64,000 nt of DNA from Dimorphilus gyrociliatus. Its lineage: Eukaryota; Animalia; Annelida. The notes under the pieces were generated by a model. The model made no database searches, was not told the DNA's origin, and was given only the letters and a program-made list of their open reading frames with translations. Location: positions 1,442,698 through 1,506,697 of the forward strand of contig CAJFCJ010000007.1 of assembly GCA_904063045.1 (NCBI GenBank), in the 5' to 3' direction. Made by a program: the position numbers and the translations under genes. Numbering within the stretch: position 1 is the stretch's first letter; each line of letters begins with the position of its first letter. Positions 48,269 to 61,929 of this stretch are shown piece after piece.

Positions 48269-48427
48269 TATTTTAAAATGAAACAAAAATTGTTTTCTGG
48301 TTTTGTTACTTTTGAAATTTTACCCAAGCATAGAAAGATGACAATGCAGATATTTTTTCCAGATCGTATTAATTTATTTTGTTATTTTCTTCATAAAATG
48401 AAACAATTTTATTTTAAAATAGATTTG

Positions 48428-49385
48428 TTAAAATAGGGCTATTTTTGTGTCTAATTGATCTGTTCCAAGGCAAGAAGAAAAATGTTTCTGAAACAATACA
48501 AATAAGTCTTTACGCGTTTCTGGAATATTAACAATTTTCCTTTGTTTTAAATCTTTCCAATACCAATCTATTACTATAGCTTTCAACTGTCCCGTTTGTA
48601 AGCTACCTACAAGGAAACAACGAAAATCAAGACATTTATAAATGAAAGAGACTATTCTTACCTAATTCCAATAAACTAGAAACCCTATTCGGAGTACCAA
48701 CTGCAAAGTGGATATCATTTTTTTCCAAGAATTGAGATTGATCTTTTAGCTACACAATTAGATTATATTAATTATTTATAAGTAATATGCACTATTTATA
48801 AAATTTATTATGCAAAAATTAGTACCTTCATATGTTTAGCAAAGAGTTTAGCCGTTTTACATTTTTTTGTCTTAAAGTCATTGGCTTCCCTAAAAAGAGA
48901 AAAAAATAACAACTAGCGTCAATGAAAAATAGTTTCTGACCTGTTTAAATCGACTGCTCGCAGGGCAGAAGAAGCTAGAACAATAATAAATGGTGATCCT
49001 TTCTTGGATTTGGTTTTATCATTAATTAATTTATCCCAGTCAGTCATTATTTCTTTTAAATAATCTGATAATGTTTTATGATTTATATTGCTAGTTAAAA
49101 AGCTTCCTTCCCCAAAATTCATTGCTTCTCTCTCAATGCTTGATAAATTATGTTTGAAGAAATCGTCAAGTTTGTCAAGAAAATCTTCTTTTGGGTCTTC
49201 ATTGTCTTCTATAACTATCTTAGGTTCCTCAGAAATTCTTTTCTTCTTACGTTTTTTTCGCTTAGGCTCTTCAGTATCGCTTGGTACATCATTCACTTTA
49301 GAAGATAATTACTTAATGAGAGTTACAAATAGTTTAGATCAAAAATATACGTACATATAAAATCATCAACCAAATCATCAGCCAT
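48428..49385 (-). CDS. CMSS1: CMS1 ribosomal small subunit homolog
   Basis: MADDLVDD, KGSPFIIVLASSALRAVDLNR, KLFAKH, HFAVGTPNR, IDWYWKDLKQR. Confidence 0.85.
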
Positions 49386-49524
49386 CTAAAATTTTGATAT
49401 TTATGTGAGAAAACAGTGAATAGAGACAATTTCGAGGAACGCAAGACTAGCAATCCAAAACTCGTGCACGTCGAAACCCGTTCGAATATTACACACTGCA
49501 CGCTGTCCACCAAGTCAGTTTAGG

Positions 49525-52500
49525 ATGAGTGGTAATAATGATGAAAAAGAGAAACTTTTTCAAAGCTTGCAAAGTCAGTTTAGTGAAGATGACGAAGGAA
49601 ACCATGAAACATCTCTGATTCGACAAATCTATCTGGTAAAACATATTTTTACTTTTTTTTGTTCAATCAATTGAGCGATAATATCTATATTTTGTAAAAT
49701 AAATATAGAGTGGCTCAAAAGCAACAACAGATGATGAAAGTGCTTTGATCGCCGAATTACTTGGAGAGGAATGCCCGTCCACATCTGCGCAATCTCGTGA
49801 AGACACTGAAATAGGTCGAAATACTAAAATTCAGGGTGTTGATGAAAATATCCTTCAGCAATATCTAATGGGAAAAATATCTTTTGAGGAATTTAATGAT
49901 TACCTACACCCAGCTAAATTGGATAGTAGCGACGATGAAGCCAAATCAGAGTTAGCAGATGAACCTGCTTCGAAAAGGAAAAAACTTGATAAAAAGAAAT
50001 CAGAAAAGGTTCAGACACCAATTGTACGTTTGTTCATATGATTTTTTAAATAAGATAGTTGTTTTGTTTTCATAAAAAAAATAATTTGAACAGAAAAGAT
50101 TTGGACGTTTAGAGAGATCTAAATTACCTCCAGCTCTTCAAGGCTTAATGGGACAAGCAAATTTAAAATGCGCATCAAACCAATACGACGAAGCGATAAA
50201 GATATGCACAGAAATCATTAAACAAGGTTAGTTTGACTTTGGTGTCTCATTAACTAATGGCCAAAACAAGTATTTGAAACTTTTAGAACCGACTGCGAAC
50301 GAACCGTACGGAACTCTACAATATATATACGAAGAGAAAGGAGATCTGGAAAAATGCTTGCAGTGTGGTTTGATAAATGCTGTTCTGACTCCCTTCAAAG
50401 AACCAGAAGAATGGCAAAAACTGGGACGAATGGGTTTAAAATTGGAGAATACTAGTCAGGCTCTATTTTGTTTTCGAAAAGGTTAGTTATAGATAATTAA
50501 AGAAAATTATTAAGTTTTTTTTATTTCTACTTTTACAGCTGCTGCCTTAGATAAAGATAATATGGAATTAAATTGGTTTCTAGCATCACTTTTATTGGAA
50601 AACGGTCAATATTATCAAGCTGCTTTAACTCTTTCTACTATGCTAAAACACGTTAAAGATGATGACGAAAAGTGGAATGTTTATATTGCTCTTCTCGAAG
50701 TAAATTTTCAGTTGAATTTCTCTATTCAAAATCAAATAAAGATTCTTATAATCTTCAGGCATATTTAAAAACTGAAAAACTGGAAAACGCTATGAAAACA
50801 TTTCGAGCGGCTTTTGCAGAATTTCCATCAAAAGTTACTGAAAAAGGTGTGTTAACTATTAAATATTAATTGACTATAAAATATAATTATAATAATGATA
50901 ATTAAATTTTTAGACATGAATCAAGCCCTTGAAATTTGCCTAAGAAAACAAAACTTTAATTTAGGTATTGAAGTAAGTGCTTTTTCAGTAATTATATATA
51001 AATTATTAATAATTATCATTGTATTGAACAGATAATTAGCAATTTCAAAGGTGTTGATATCAAGAAAGACGAAAATACAAGTGAAATTATTGCGTTAGTT
51101 TTTAATTTATATCTGTTATTTCTCTTAAAAACTTTACATACAGAATTAATATTCCGGATGAAATTCCCATAGAAATTCGAGCTAAAGTATTAGTCTGTTT
51201 GTTACAGAATACGGCTAAACCATCTAGGGCAATTGAGGTTTATTTTCAATGATTTTTTCAGTAAGCTTTATCTAATGAAATTCTGAGTTTAGGAAATTGT
51301 TGAACCTATTCTAAGTCGTCCTTACGGACATGAAACAGAAAAGATGCAAATTATTGATGCCCTAATCACTTCGGGATTTTACGAAAAAGCTGCTAAAATA
51401 TTAAAACATCTACTGGATCACATAAAAACAGAGTCAACTCTTTGGTCCAAATACGGCCGCTGTTTACAAGCCACAAGTAAAGCAAATGAGGCCTTAGACG
51501 CCTACGAAAAGTCTTTAAAATTAAAATCAGACGCTGATGTTTTATTAACTATGTCTGCCTTATACAATCAACTTGGACGGCATAAAGAAGCACTAAAATG
51601 TCTAGAACATGATCAAGAAGACGCTAGAATACTATTACAAAGGGGACTAATGTTGTATGCTCAAGAAAAATATACTAACTTTGTCGAATTGGCGGACAAA
51701 CTTTTTTATTCGAAATTCGAAGTTTGCTATAAGAAACGGAAGTTTTTAAATGAAGTGCATTGTCAGCGGGGTGCTAAACATCGGCTAGAAGTTATAAGAA
51801 ATATTTTTAATAGTATTGAAAAGGATTCTTTGAGACGTACTTTAGAATATTTTAAACATATACCAGTTGAGAATATGTATGATTTATATACAAAAATGTG
51901 CCAAGCCTATCTTAAGCTAAAAGACAATAAGGGTCTCTTAAGAATATCTCAATTAGGTATACTCTATCCACCGTTTGTGACTGATAGATCTAAAGCTGAG
52001 CAAGTCGATTTAATTTTGGTTATGACTTGCTTAAAAACTAAAACAACTGACCTAATTTTTAGAATTCTTAGAGAGTACTGCACCACAATGCCCCAACTTC
52101 CACAAGTATGGAACTTTTATGGTCAATTATGCATGTACGATTTAGATGGAAGGCATGCACGCTTTCTATCTAGACTTCAAGCAAAATCTCCAGATTCAAA
52201 GCCTTTAAAAATGTTACTTGGTCATTATTCTTTAACAAAAAGTAATTATCGGGATGCTTTAAAAGAATTTATGGAGGTTTATATATCAGATAAGGACAAT
52301 GCATTTGTTTGTCTATGCATAGGCGTTGCGCTAACAAACCTAATGTCAGTTAGAACCGAAAAGAAAAAGAATTGGTTAGTTGGGCAGGCTGCGGCCTTTT
52401 TCTCAAAATATAAGGAAAAAAGAAAGTTTGATCAAGAAAGCTACTATAATTTGGGTCGTGCCATGCATCAAATGGGCCTATTGCATTTGGCTGTTGAAAT

Positions 52501-52651
52501 GTATGAGAAGGCACTGGCTTGTCCATCAGTTGAGTCTGAGGATTTTAACTTAAAAAAAGAAACTGCCTACAATTTATCAAGAATTTATTTAGATAGCGGA
52601 TCTAAAAACTTAGCTAGAATGGTTTTGAGTAATTATTGTGTTATAAGGTAA
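49525..52651 (+). CDS. GTF3C3: TFIIIC TPR subunit (general transcription factor 3C polypeptide 3)
   Basis: LPPALQGLMGQANLK..EAIKICTEIIKQEPTANEPYGTL..EEKGDLEKCLQ, and C-terminal QESYYNLGRAMHQMGLLHLAVEMYEKAL..ETAYNLSRIY..YCVIR. Confidence 0.9.
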
Positions 52652-52839
52652 TTTGTGAACATTCAATTGAGTTTGAATGCTTTGTTAATGATTTTTATTC
52701 TTCTGAGGCGAAATATAAATAAAGTACTTTTTGTTTTTGATTCTTAAAAACATTTTATCGATAGATTTAATAGCAAAAAAAAATGTAATAGTCATATCTT
52801 ACATTTAAATAACAAAACAATTTTCATAGTTTCTGCCAA

Positions 52840-54125
52840 TTATTTTTTACCACGAGCTTTTTGACGGCGTTGTTTACCAGGCCTTTTTTGTCCTTGCCGT
52901 TTAGCTTGTTTGGCCTTGCCTGGAGTCATCGCATTCTTTTTCGTTTTGAAATCAGAATAAACCGCGTCCACACTATTTTTAGTATTATACTTGGAACGTT
53001 TCTTTTGACCACCGAATCCGAACTTGGCATTTTTCTTGTCTCGTTTAGTATTTGTTCTAAAAAGATTCAATCAAAATGAAAAATGTAGGCAAATTAAGCA
53101 AGATTAAACACTTCACTTTTTATTTTTATTTTTATTCTTATCCTTTCCTTTCTTTTCATCACCTTCTAAGAATTCTAAAGATTCTTTTTTGCCTGGCAAA
53201 AAACGCAAAAATTAAAACCTTTAGAAACATTTGTTAATAACAAAAACCTTTTCTGTATTTTTTTACAGCATCCATCATTTCTTTTTTCTCTTTCTGCCTT
53301 TTAGCAAGGACTTCCTGTTGAACTTGTTTACCAAACTTTCTCATCTCTCTCAATTTCTTTGCTTTTTCTGATCTTTCCAAAGAAAGTTTCTTGGTGATGA
53401 GGTTCTCTCTAACTCTGGTCATGTGAGCATCTGATTTTGCCATTTCAGCTAAATAATCATCTGGTCTTTTAGTTGGTATATTGAAAGCTTTCAAACGCGG
53501 TAGACCTTTGACAAGAGCAGCCTGTGCTAACCTATGACTGTATAAAGGTACAAAGGAAAATGAAATCGTGTAAAGGTATAAAAATAGCTATACTTACAAA
53601 TACATCTCTCTTTTGAAATCATCGTTGATGTCCTCTGGATTGTCAAGGATCTGATCTTTAATAGCCGATGGAGCCATAGCTGGAGCTACTGTTAAATCTA
53701 ATCTCTCAGGCCATGGAAGGTCTTTCTTTTTAAACTCTTCAGTTTTCGATTTAAGGCCATCCTAACAAAAAGAATTTTTTATCCGTAAGAACGAGTTTAG
53801 ATCTTAAAATTTCCTTTCACAAAATCTATATAGAAAATTATAGGTGCTTACTATTTTATTGATAAACTCCCTTTTCTCCTGTTCTATATTTAACTTGTCT
53901 GCCTTTAATAATCCTTTTTCATATGCCACAAGTACCTATAAAATAAAACTATCATATATCGCCCACTAAAATATAATTTTATAATATTCTTTAAGGTTAA
54001 AACCGGAAAAATTAAGAAAGCATATTTGACATTGAAGTCTACAATTAGTTTCAGAGACAACTAACCTCTTTATCAGAGTCATCGCTCGAATAGCCGTAAC
54101 TTTCTTCACTTTCATCCGCAGACAT
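52840..54125 (-). CDS. EBNA1BP2: EBP2 rRNA-processing protein
   Basis: LPWPERLDL, DINDDFKREMYF, PTKRPDDYLAEMAKSDAHMTRVR, KRDKKNAKFGFGGQKKRSKYN, KRPGKQRRQK. Confidence 0.93.
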
Positions 54126-54565
54126 GCTTCTCTAGTGCGTTCTTAAAAGATTCAGATACTACCAGTTTTTTCCTGGGGCGAAAACTACGTTGGCTGACCA
54201 TCCAAACATCTTAGCAATTTTTGCAAGAAACCGCAATTTTATTTCCCAAATGACTATCAAAATTGAATAATTTACTTGAGTATGATATACTTTGTAATGG
54301 CATAAAAAATTTGTATTTTGTAAACCAAAACTTCTTTTAAGCTTAATGCTGTATGCACGTTGATTAAAGGTTTTCCTAATTAAAGAGTAATAGCGTTTAT
54401 TTTTGGAATGAAGGTATTTGATGAAGTATCTCTCTTCTGTATTTCATCTTATATGTTGTAATTATTTCTGTGTGATCTACTTATTAACTAGATAATTTAT
54501 TTTTCTGTTGATTTCAATTTAACTTGACTAGCTATGCTTCCATATATATCGAATTTGTATAGAGT

Positions 54566-55717
54566 CTAATTTAAAGATAAAATACTTTCGTCGTCAACAT
54601 CCGAAGCATTTAGTTCGCTGACTCGCACCCAACTTCTTCTTTCATTTGATTTTACCATAGCGTCAATAACTCCTTGAATGTACTGTGCTTGTGCAAGGGT
54701 TGTGGCTTGTTTCTCTACTTTTCTATCGTATAAGTCATCTCCTTCCTTATTTTGAAAGGAATCTTTAATGCTATTCAACTGCCTCGTGATTCCAGATAAA
54801 TGATAGCCAGAAATTTCTGATTGTGAATTTGAGGATTCTCTTAGAGTCAAACGATCGTCGTACAAATGCTCTTCTCTCTCACAATTTTTAACACCCACCA
54901 GATCCTTTCCTTTGACACTTAATCTACCATGAGAACCACAAACTGACACTTCTAGGTCGTAATCCTTACGAAAGTGTGAGTTTAAGTTAAGTGAAAACAT
55001 AGCTCCATTTTCCAATTGCAAAACTGCAGAGCAGTAGTCATCACTTGTTACTTGACGAATACTGCAAATTGTTTTGGTCTGGGTTGTGTATGTCTTTAGA
55101 ACGGTATGCACTTTGGAAGCTTTTAGATTGGTTAAATACCGTATTAGATCAATAACTGGTGATCCATAAATATTAAGTATACCACCACCCATTCGTTCAT
55201 CGCATGTCCAATCATAGCGTTCTTTCAAAATAGATTTACAGTGTACACGAGCTTCTACAGTACGAATATCTCCAACGTATCCTTCATCGATATGCTTTTT
55301 CATTTGTACAAAACATTGTAAGTATTTTAATCCATTGCAGACAATTGCCATCAATTTCTCGGAATGAGCTTTTACTAATTTCAAGAGATGTTCTTGAGTA
55401 GGTCCAACAGGAAAGTTGCAAATGACATGTTTTCCAACAGTTAAGGAATTATACGCAATTTCTGTCTGACTTGTTGGACAGGTACTTATAAATATGATAT
55501 CATATAAATCTTTTTGTTTAACTATTGCTCCCTCTTCAACAGACCAATTAGGTACATTCAGCTCTCGGGCGACAGCTTCAAGATTCTCTGAACTATTGTT
55601 CCAAATTGCAACTACTTTAAATCCACTATTCTTTAAGTTTGGAACAAGGCATTTTACGGTAGCACTAGTACCGAATATCGCTACTCTAGGAAGTCTTTTT
55701 GCTTCCTGTTCTTTCAT
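54566..55717 (-). CDS. GFOD1: Gfo/Idh/MocA oxidoreductase GFOD1/2-like, intronless
   Basis: LPRVAIFGT, YDWTCDERMGGGILNIYGSPVIDL, TKTICSIRQVTSDDYC. GFOD1 versus GFOD2 is not resolvable. Confidence 0.88.
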   Translation of the reverse strand: MKEQEAKRLPRVAIFGTSATVKCLVPNLKNSGFKVVAIWNNSSENLEAVARELNVPNWSVEEGAIVKQKDLYDIIFISTCPTSQTEIAYNSLTVGKHVICNFPVGPTQEHLLKLVKAHSEKLMAIVCNGLKYLQCFVQMKKHIDEGYVGDIRTVEARVHCKSILKERYDWTCDERMGGGILNIYGSPVIDLIRYLTNLKASKVHTVLKTYTTQTKTICSIRQVTSDDYCSAVLQLENGAMFSLNLNSHFRKDYDLEVSVCGSHGRLSVKGKDLVGVKNCEREEHLYDDRLTLRESSNSQSEISGYHLSGITRQLNSIKDSFQNKEGDDLYDRKVEKQATTLAQAQYIQGVIDAMVKSNERRSWVRVSELNASDVDDESILSLN

Positions 55718-56073
55718 GGCGATATTTTATGGCGATTTATACAAAGTTTCACTAACAATTGGCTACATCTTTTTAGAGGAAGTGTTATAGAGTTTTCTTG
55801 ATCGAAAATATATCATAATAAAACGATGTCCCGAAAGATACTAGCGCCTCCTGTAATCTACTATATACTAAACAAAAGTATCACATACAAATAATTGATG
55901 TCTATTGTGATTTGTGCACAGATAACAAAACTAGAAAAAACGTCACAAAATGAAACAATTTTGTCACAGCCACGAATACGGAAGTAGACCTGTTTAACAT
56001 AATTGAATTAAAAGCTACCATCTATATATATGAGAAAAATTTTATATTCTCTACTTCCGAACTAATGATGGAA

Positions 56074-58378
56074 TCACAGCTCATCTTTTTTAAAAGAAAC
56101 AGAAGCATGTTTCTTAATAAATTCTTCTAAATCTTTCAAGTCTCTATTTCCTTCATATTTAACTGGCGAATCTTTTCTATCAGCCGGAGCAAAATAAATA
56201 GTTGGAAATCCTTCCGATGTGAAAGTACTTTCGGGAGATTCGTTTGCAGTCGCATCCATTTTTGCGATAACTAAATTCTTTTCTTTCTATAAAATGTAAA
56301 TAAAATTTTTATAATGCAAAGTATAACAAACTTAGTTTTACTTATACCTTAAACTTCTTGGCAAACTTCTTATACTCGGGTTCGAAAGCTTTACAATGAC
56401 CACACCTGTGTAAATATTAGATTATCAATATTGAGAGGGTTAATTGGCTTAAATAACAAACCATGGAGCATATAACTCGAGGAGTACATCTTTAGATTTA
56501 TCCATGACAATATCTTTGAAACTATTTCCAACAACAACTTTAACGGGTCCTTTTTGTTTTTTAGGAACTGGCTGAGACTTAATTTTTGGCTTGAGTTTAC
56601 CTTGTTTGAATGCACGAATGAATGATCTGATATCATCAGAGTCAAACTCCTCCATAGCTGGCATTGGGTAACGAAGATTTCCTTCACCGAATATACCAAT
56701 GTTCATTTCCTCAGGGGAATCGTCAAGACCCAAATCCTTGAGCAAGTTTTCATTACCCTCCTCATTTGCAATGGCAAATGTGATATCTTTGAAATCTTTC
56801 GCAATATCTAAGATCTTTGATCGCCATAACTGAGTACTTTTACGATGTTCAAATGAAAAGTCAACAGTATAAAAGAAAATAATAAGAGGACGGGTTTTTT
56901 CTGAGTATCTTCCTTTGCTAGTGTCATAAACGCCTACCAAGGGTCTTTCATGTTCGGAGAAGAAACCCTTAATGTCTTCAACTTCAGCATCTGAATCTGT
57001 AAAAATGTGCCACTTGGGTTCATATTTACTGTAGAAGCGTTCAGCATTGAAGACAACGATAGATTCAGCATTCACTTTGTAATGATCTCGTATGCTCTTT
57101 TCAAAAGTATGACCGAATGTATAACCATCTCTTACATGATTTGCAGCTTCTTGATACCTCTCATATAATTTACTCTTATCATTTTCAAAAAATCCAACAA
57201 TTGTTATGTCGTCAACATTCATTAAATTTTGAACAGCTTTAAGTGTGGTTTGTTCTTTCGAAGCATCACCTCTTTGTTTTTTCATGTACTCAACTACACC
57301 CATAGTGTCTCTTGGGCCGTTGTATTCAAAAACTTTAGTCTTTCTGAAAATTTTTAGGGTGGGATACCCAGTAACTTTGAAAGATGTAGCCATTTCTGTC
57401 TCAGCGGTAGCGTCGACCTTTGTCAAATAAACAGGAGGGTCTAATTTTTTCAATTGTTGAGCAGCTTTCTCGTATTCTGGAGCGAATCGCTTGCAATGCC
57501 CGCACCAAGGAGCATAAAACATGACAAGCATAAGTTCCTCCCTGGTTGTCCATTCAGTAAAGTTGTCCTTGGTTAAAGTAAGAACAGCTTCCGGTGGAGG
57601 TTTCCAATTGGGATCAGCTCGCTCACGCATAAAGTCAACGATTCCCTGCTCATCTCTTGGTCCATCGAAGTCAATTGGAGTTGCCATTCCCTTCTTGAAA
57701 ACTTTAATAGTAGGATAGCCCTGTACTTCATATCGCTCAGCAACTGAAGTCTCTACAGTTGCATCAACTTTTGCCAATGAAACTGGAGGATCATTCTTTT
57801 TTAAACGTTTAGCTGCTGCTTCATAGGCAGGAGCGAGAGCTTTACAATGGCCACACCTAGAATCATAAAATATTATTGATAATAAATAAAAAAATTAACT
57901 CAACTAACCATGGGGCGTAAAACTCAACCATAATAATTTCCTTATCAAACACGACTTCATCGAAGTTATCGTTAGTTAACACAAGAACATCATTATCCTC
58001 GAGTACTTGAGGTGCGTCGTCATTGCTGTCCTCAGACTCTACAAAATTTCAAGCGATTGAATAGTTGGTTCAATTAATCAACATAAATAGGAAAAATAAA
58101 GCAACAAACAATTTATAGTTTGTATACAGGATTTCTACGTCTTAGACAGTTAATACTGTATAAAGAGAGTTGTATGTTATATACGAAATATCTATGGAAT
58201 ATGCTGAGATACCCTTTTTAATATTTTATTTTGAACATTCAACAATTCTCAACAAAAAGATTTTTTAACCTTGTGTATTTTCAGAATTTTTCGCTTCTGG
58301 CGTTCCTTCAGTACTATCTTCTGCAAAACAACTTGCTGAAATTAACAGCAATATTCCTAGAAGCTTCCAAAATTTCAT
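56074..58378 (-). CDS. PDIA4: Protein disulfide isomerase A4 (ERp72)
   Basis: Signal peptide MKFWKLLGILLLISASCFA, three YAPWCGHC thioredoxin sites, and C-terminal KDEL. Confidence 0.95.
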
Positions 58379-58632
58379 GTTATTTCGTGAACAGAACCGG
58401 CTTAGAGAAAAGTGTTTGAAAACCAAGCCCTGTAACACAGTCTTATTGTTAATCCGCTTACAACAAATGAAATAGTTCGCCACATCTCTTTAAGTATTTC
58501 AGTAAAATGAGCTTAAATTTATACAAACTTTATGCTATTCGCCAATTAGCTTTCAAATACGATTCGAGGAAATGGCTATAATGATTTCAACCGAGTTTTT
58601 ATTGCGAGTATTAACTTAATTTTTCTAATTGT

Positions 58633-58651
58633 CCAATCAGAAAATGCCAAC
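58633..58651 (+). promoter_or_regulatory. ERSE-like element CCAAT-N9-CCAAC upstream of PDIA4
   Basis: CCAAT cagaaaatg CCAAC, about 255 bp upstream of the PDIA4 ATG. Confidence 0.45.
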
Positions 58652-59210
58652 TTTCGGCGGCTGAAACTATTGGCAGCCTTGACCTATGGTTGAAGCAGAC
58701 TGCAGTGCACTGCAGACGACATACGAATCAATAAGAGTTGTTACAGAGTTTAACATATATAATATTTTAAAAAAATTACATAATATGCTCATAAATATAT
58801 ATTTGTACTATATATTGTCCCATTGCGGTTGAAAGCTATCAAAGTTACTGTACAAATGGAGAGAAATATTAATAAACTTTATGTTGATCGTCTGCTCTTA
58901 TTGAGAGTAGAGCGTGATTTGGATGCTTGTACATCGATGATTGGTTAAGAATGCGGTTGTGTTTTGCTCTGAACAAATCGAAAGAAGAAATTGGCAACCT
59001 CAGCCCGAACTTACTCTGATAATTCTGCGCATGCGCTGTATTGCCGGTTGCCAAAAGAACGAGCAGAGGAAAAAAGTCTACATAATTTTTATGCAAACCA
59101 GAATGAAAATCTAACAAGTCAATTGAATATTTCTTTCGATCCCGTCCACTTATTTATCTTAAATAGCTATCGGAACATGACTTCTTAATCGAACAAATTC
59201 TAGTTCAAGA

Positions 59211-60462
59211 ATGAAGAAAAGTTCGTCTCCGGCTTCAAAAGGCCAAGGACCCCTTCGGGCGACGAGACAATTTGGTACTAATATGATAAATGTATCACCA
59301 GATTCATGTATTTTCAGAGGTAAGATTTATTTTGTTAACGGATAGCGACCGATTTGGCACAGTGCCAAACTGATTGTGTGTCAAATGTTTTCATGCGAAG
59401 TTATTGATTTACTGCTAACTACGAAGAATATGTTTGGCGAGTTATATGCGTGCCCTAGGCGCGGTTAGGAATAATTTTTTATCTCGAGTACATTATTTAT
59501 TTGTCTGACACTGAACAGAAGTGATTTAAAGCATTTTCATATAAACAATAACGAGTACGTTTCTCACGCTGTATTCAGAACTAGATAAAAAGTAGTTGTT
59601 ATTAGTAAACATAATTATAATGGTTGTTGGATCGTTGCCAAAACAGTGATCAGCACCAGTCCATCGCCGTTGCGACGCGCAGCATCAGCCGACATTACTA
59701 CTGCGCAGTATCTAAACGGTGAGTGGCCAACAACAAACGATTCGATTCATTCGATAAACTCATCATTTAAGGAAGACGTCAGTACGCAGGTATAATTATT
59801 GTTGGCAAGTTGCCCATTCGTGGCGCGTAATGCAGTCTCAACTATTGCAGACTCCCGACGAATGGGCGGCGACGACGGATCATTATCATTCTAGAAGACG
59901 CTCACAGCACACTCGCTCGTGGAGCGTTGATGATCAACTACAGCAGGCGTTTCGTATCAATCAATTAAAGAGAATGATGTCGACACCACCCTCTTGCTGT
60001 AAGCCGATTTCTAACGGGCATTGTACGACGCCAACCAAATTTCGAATACAGCGTGGCAGCGTGGAAGGATTAAACCAGGAAATCGAAACGCTCGTCTTTA
60101 CCGCATCATCTCAATGCGTTCAGGCGTGTTGTACACCACCTCGAGACGGTCGTCGTCCACCACTTATTGAAATACTCAGCCATAATATGCAGACGCAGAC
60201 ACCGTCCAGTTTTGGTGATATACAATTGGACGATGACAGTGCTAAAGTTGAGACTCTCAAGCCAGCACCAATACGTGAACCTCCTGATGGGTGCTGTGAA
60301 CAACAGGAAAATGAGGATAGTAAAATTTCTTTACCGACGGTTAAGGAGCCTTTATTATCAGCTACAACCCTAATACCGTCGACCAACTCAGCATTTAAGT
60401 CGTACTGCAGTAGACAGTTGCCTCTCAAAGTCAGCTACGAAAAGGCTCTACAGCCTGACTGA
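59211..60462 (+). CDS. GLCCI1: FAM117/GLCCI1 family protein, 3 exons
   Basis: GPLRAT, LRRAASAD..YLNGEWP, STQTPDEW, GSVEGLNQEIE, PRDGRRPP, REPPDGCCE, PSTNSAF. The paralog assignment is uncertain. Confidence 0.8.
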
Positions 60463-60761
60463 TTAAATTTTTGCTAATTGTTAACATTTTGTCTCTATTC
60501 TCTTTCTTAATTGTGCGTGTGTATGTAAAAGCGTGTGACTGATTTTTTTAAAACATTTTTTGCCATTTTCCTGTGCTATTTTCTGCCTCTTTGTGTCGTT
60601 AAAAAAAGGTTAAGTAGTATATAAAAAAAGCGGCCGGGGCCGTAGCTCGCAGCTAAACACTAAGGGATTATTTCGCGTTCGATAAATGTCGAGAAAACTA
60701 AATATTTATTGATATTCCGAGACGCTTCGTTTACAGAACAACTAAAGTCTTTTGCAGGCCT

Positions 60762-61779
60762 CTATTCGTTTGAAAAATTCGGTTTGCGTTTCTCAACAAA
60801 GGCGGTCATTCCCTCTCGTCTATCACTCTGTTGGAAATACCGGCAAATTATGTTAAGCAGAACTAATAAAATATATACAAACAGTAGCGAAAGTCTGGTG
60901 AAACATGCGTTTCTCAAAATGGACGCCTTCGGCTAAAGTCATCTCAAAGGATGCGTTGACCGCCTCCTTTGCCATTTTAACAATTAATGGAGAATGTTGG
61001 CATATTCTATCAGCTGTTTTAATAGCTTCGTCGACCAACTTTTCAGGGGCTACCACCTTACTAACCAAACCGAATTTGCATGCTTCTTCTGCACCAATGC
61101 GATCGCCAGTTAGTACCATTTCCATAGCCTTCGATTTTCCAACCAGACGGGGAAGCCTTTGAGTTCCACCAGATCCTGGAATTGTTCCAATAATAATTTC
61201 TGGCTGTCCAAATTGTGCTTTTTCTCCGGCGTAAATCATGTCACACATCATAGCTAATTCACATCCACCTCCTAATGCAAATCCATTTACAGCTGCAATA
61301 ATTGGTTTACGCAGGCGAGTGATTCTATTCCAGTGTTCAAGAAAATTGTCTCTATATACTTCCGAAAAATGTTTAGGTTGCATTTCTTTAATATCAGCTC
61401 CAGCGGCAAAAGCCTTTTCGCTACCTGTTATAACGGCACAGCCTATGGTGTTATCATTATCTATCCAATCAAAAGTCTCATTCAATTCCAACATCAAGCC
61501 ATTGCAAAGGGCATTGAGTGCTTTTGGACGGTAAAGTTCAATAAAAGCAACTTTGTTTTCTTCTCCACATCGACCTACTTTAAGATATTCGAACTTCTTC
61601 TGATCACTTGGTACTGAAAAAAATAGCGGCAGGGAAATAAATCTCATATACTTGATAATACATCATGACAGTCACTTACAAGTAGACAAGAGAGAAGCTG
61701 GTATAAATTGCTTCTGACTGTTTAAAGTTTGTCTAACTAATAAAGCAGAATATCTAGATGTTAGCTTTGCGAACGCCAT
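60762..61779 (-). CDS. ECHS1: Mitochondrial short-chain enoyl-CoA hydratase
   Basis: [83 protein letters not shown]. The N-terminus looks like a presequence. Confidence 0.96.
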
Positions 61780-61929
61780 AGCTGCTCACTTCCTTTAACC
61801 TTGGCCTTTAGTATTATTTTTCGTAAAATTCAATATTTTGTTAAAAAAAGGTAAGAACATAAATTAATCAATTTTCTTACATTAAAAGATTGGTAATTAT
61901 ATTTTACGAAAGCGTGCCTAACGAAGGAA

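Noticed and set aside
53761-54065. Possible intronic snoRNAs in ribosome-biogenesis genes (EBP2, NOB1, CMSS1)
   Set aside because: No box C (RTGATGA)/box D (CTGA) pair with terminal stems or H/ACA structure was visible, and most introns are too short.
54125-58378. Tandem PDIA4-GFOD-EBP2 on one strand as a possible operon
   Set aside because: Gaps of about 350-440 bp can hold independent promoters, no trans-splice acceptor signature is visible, and the window is dominated by divergent pairs.
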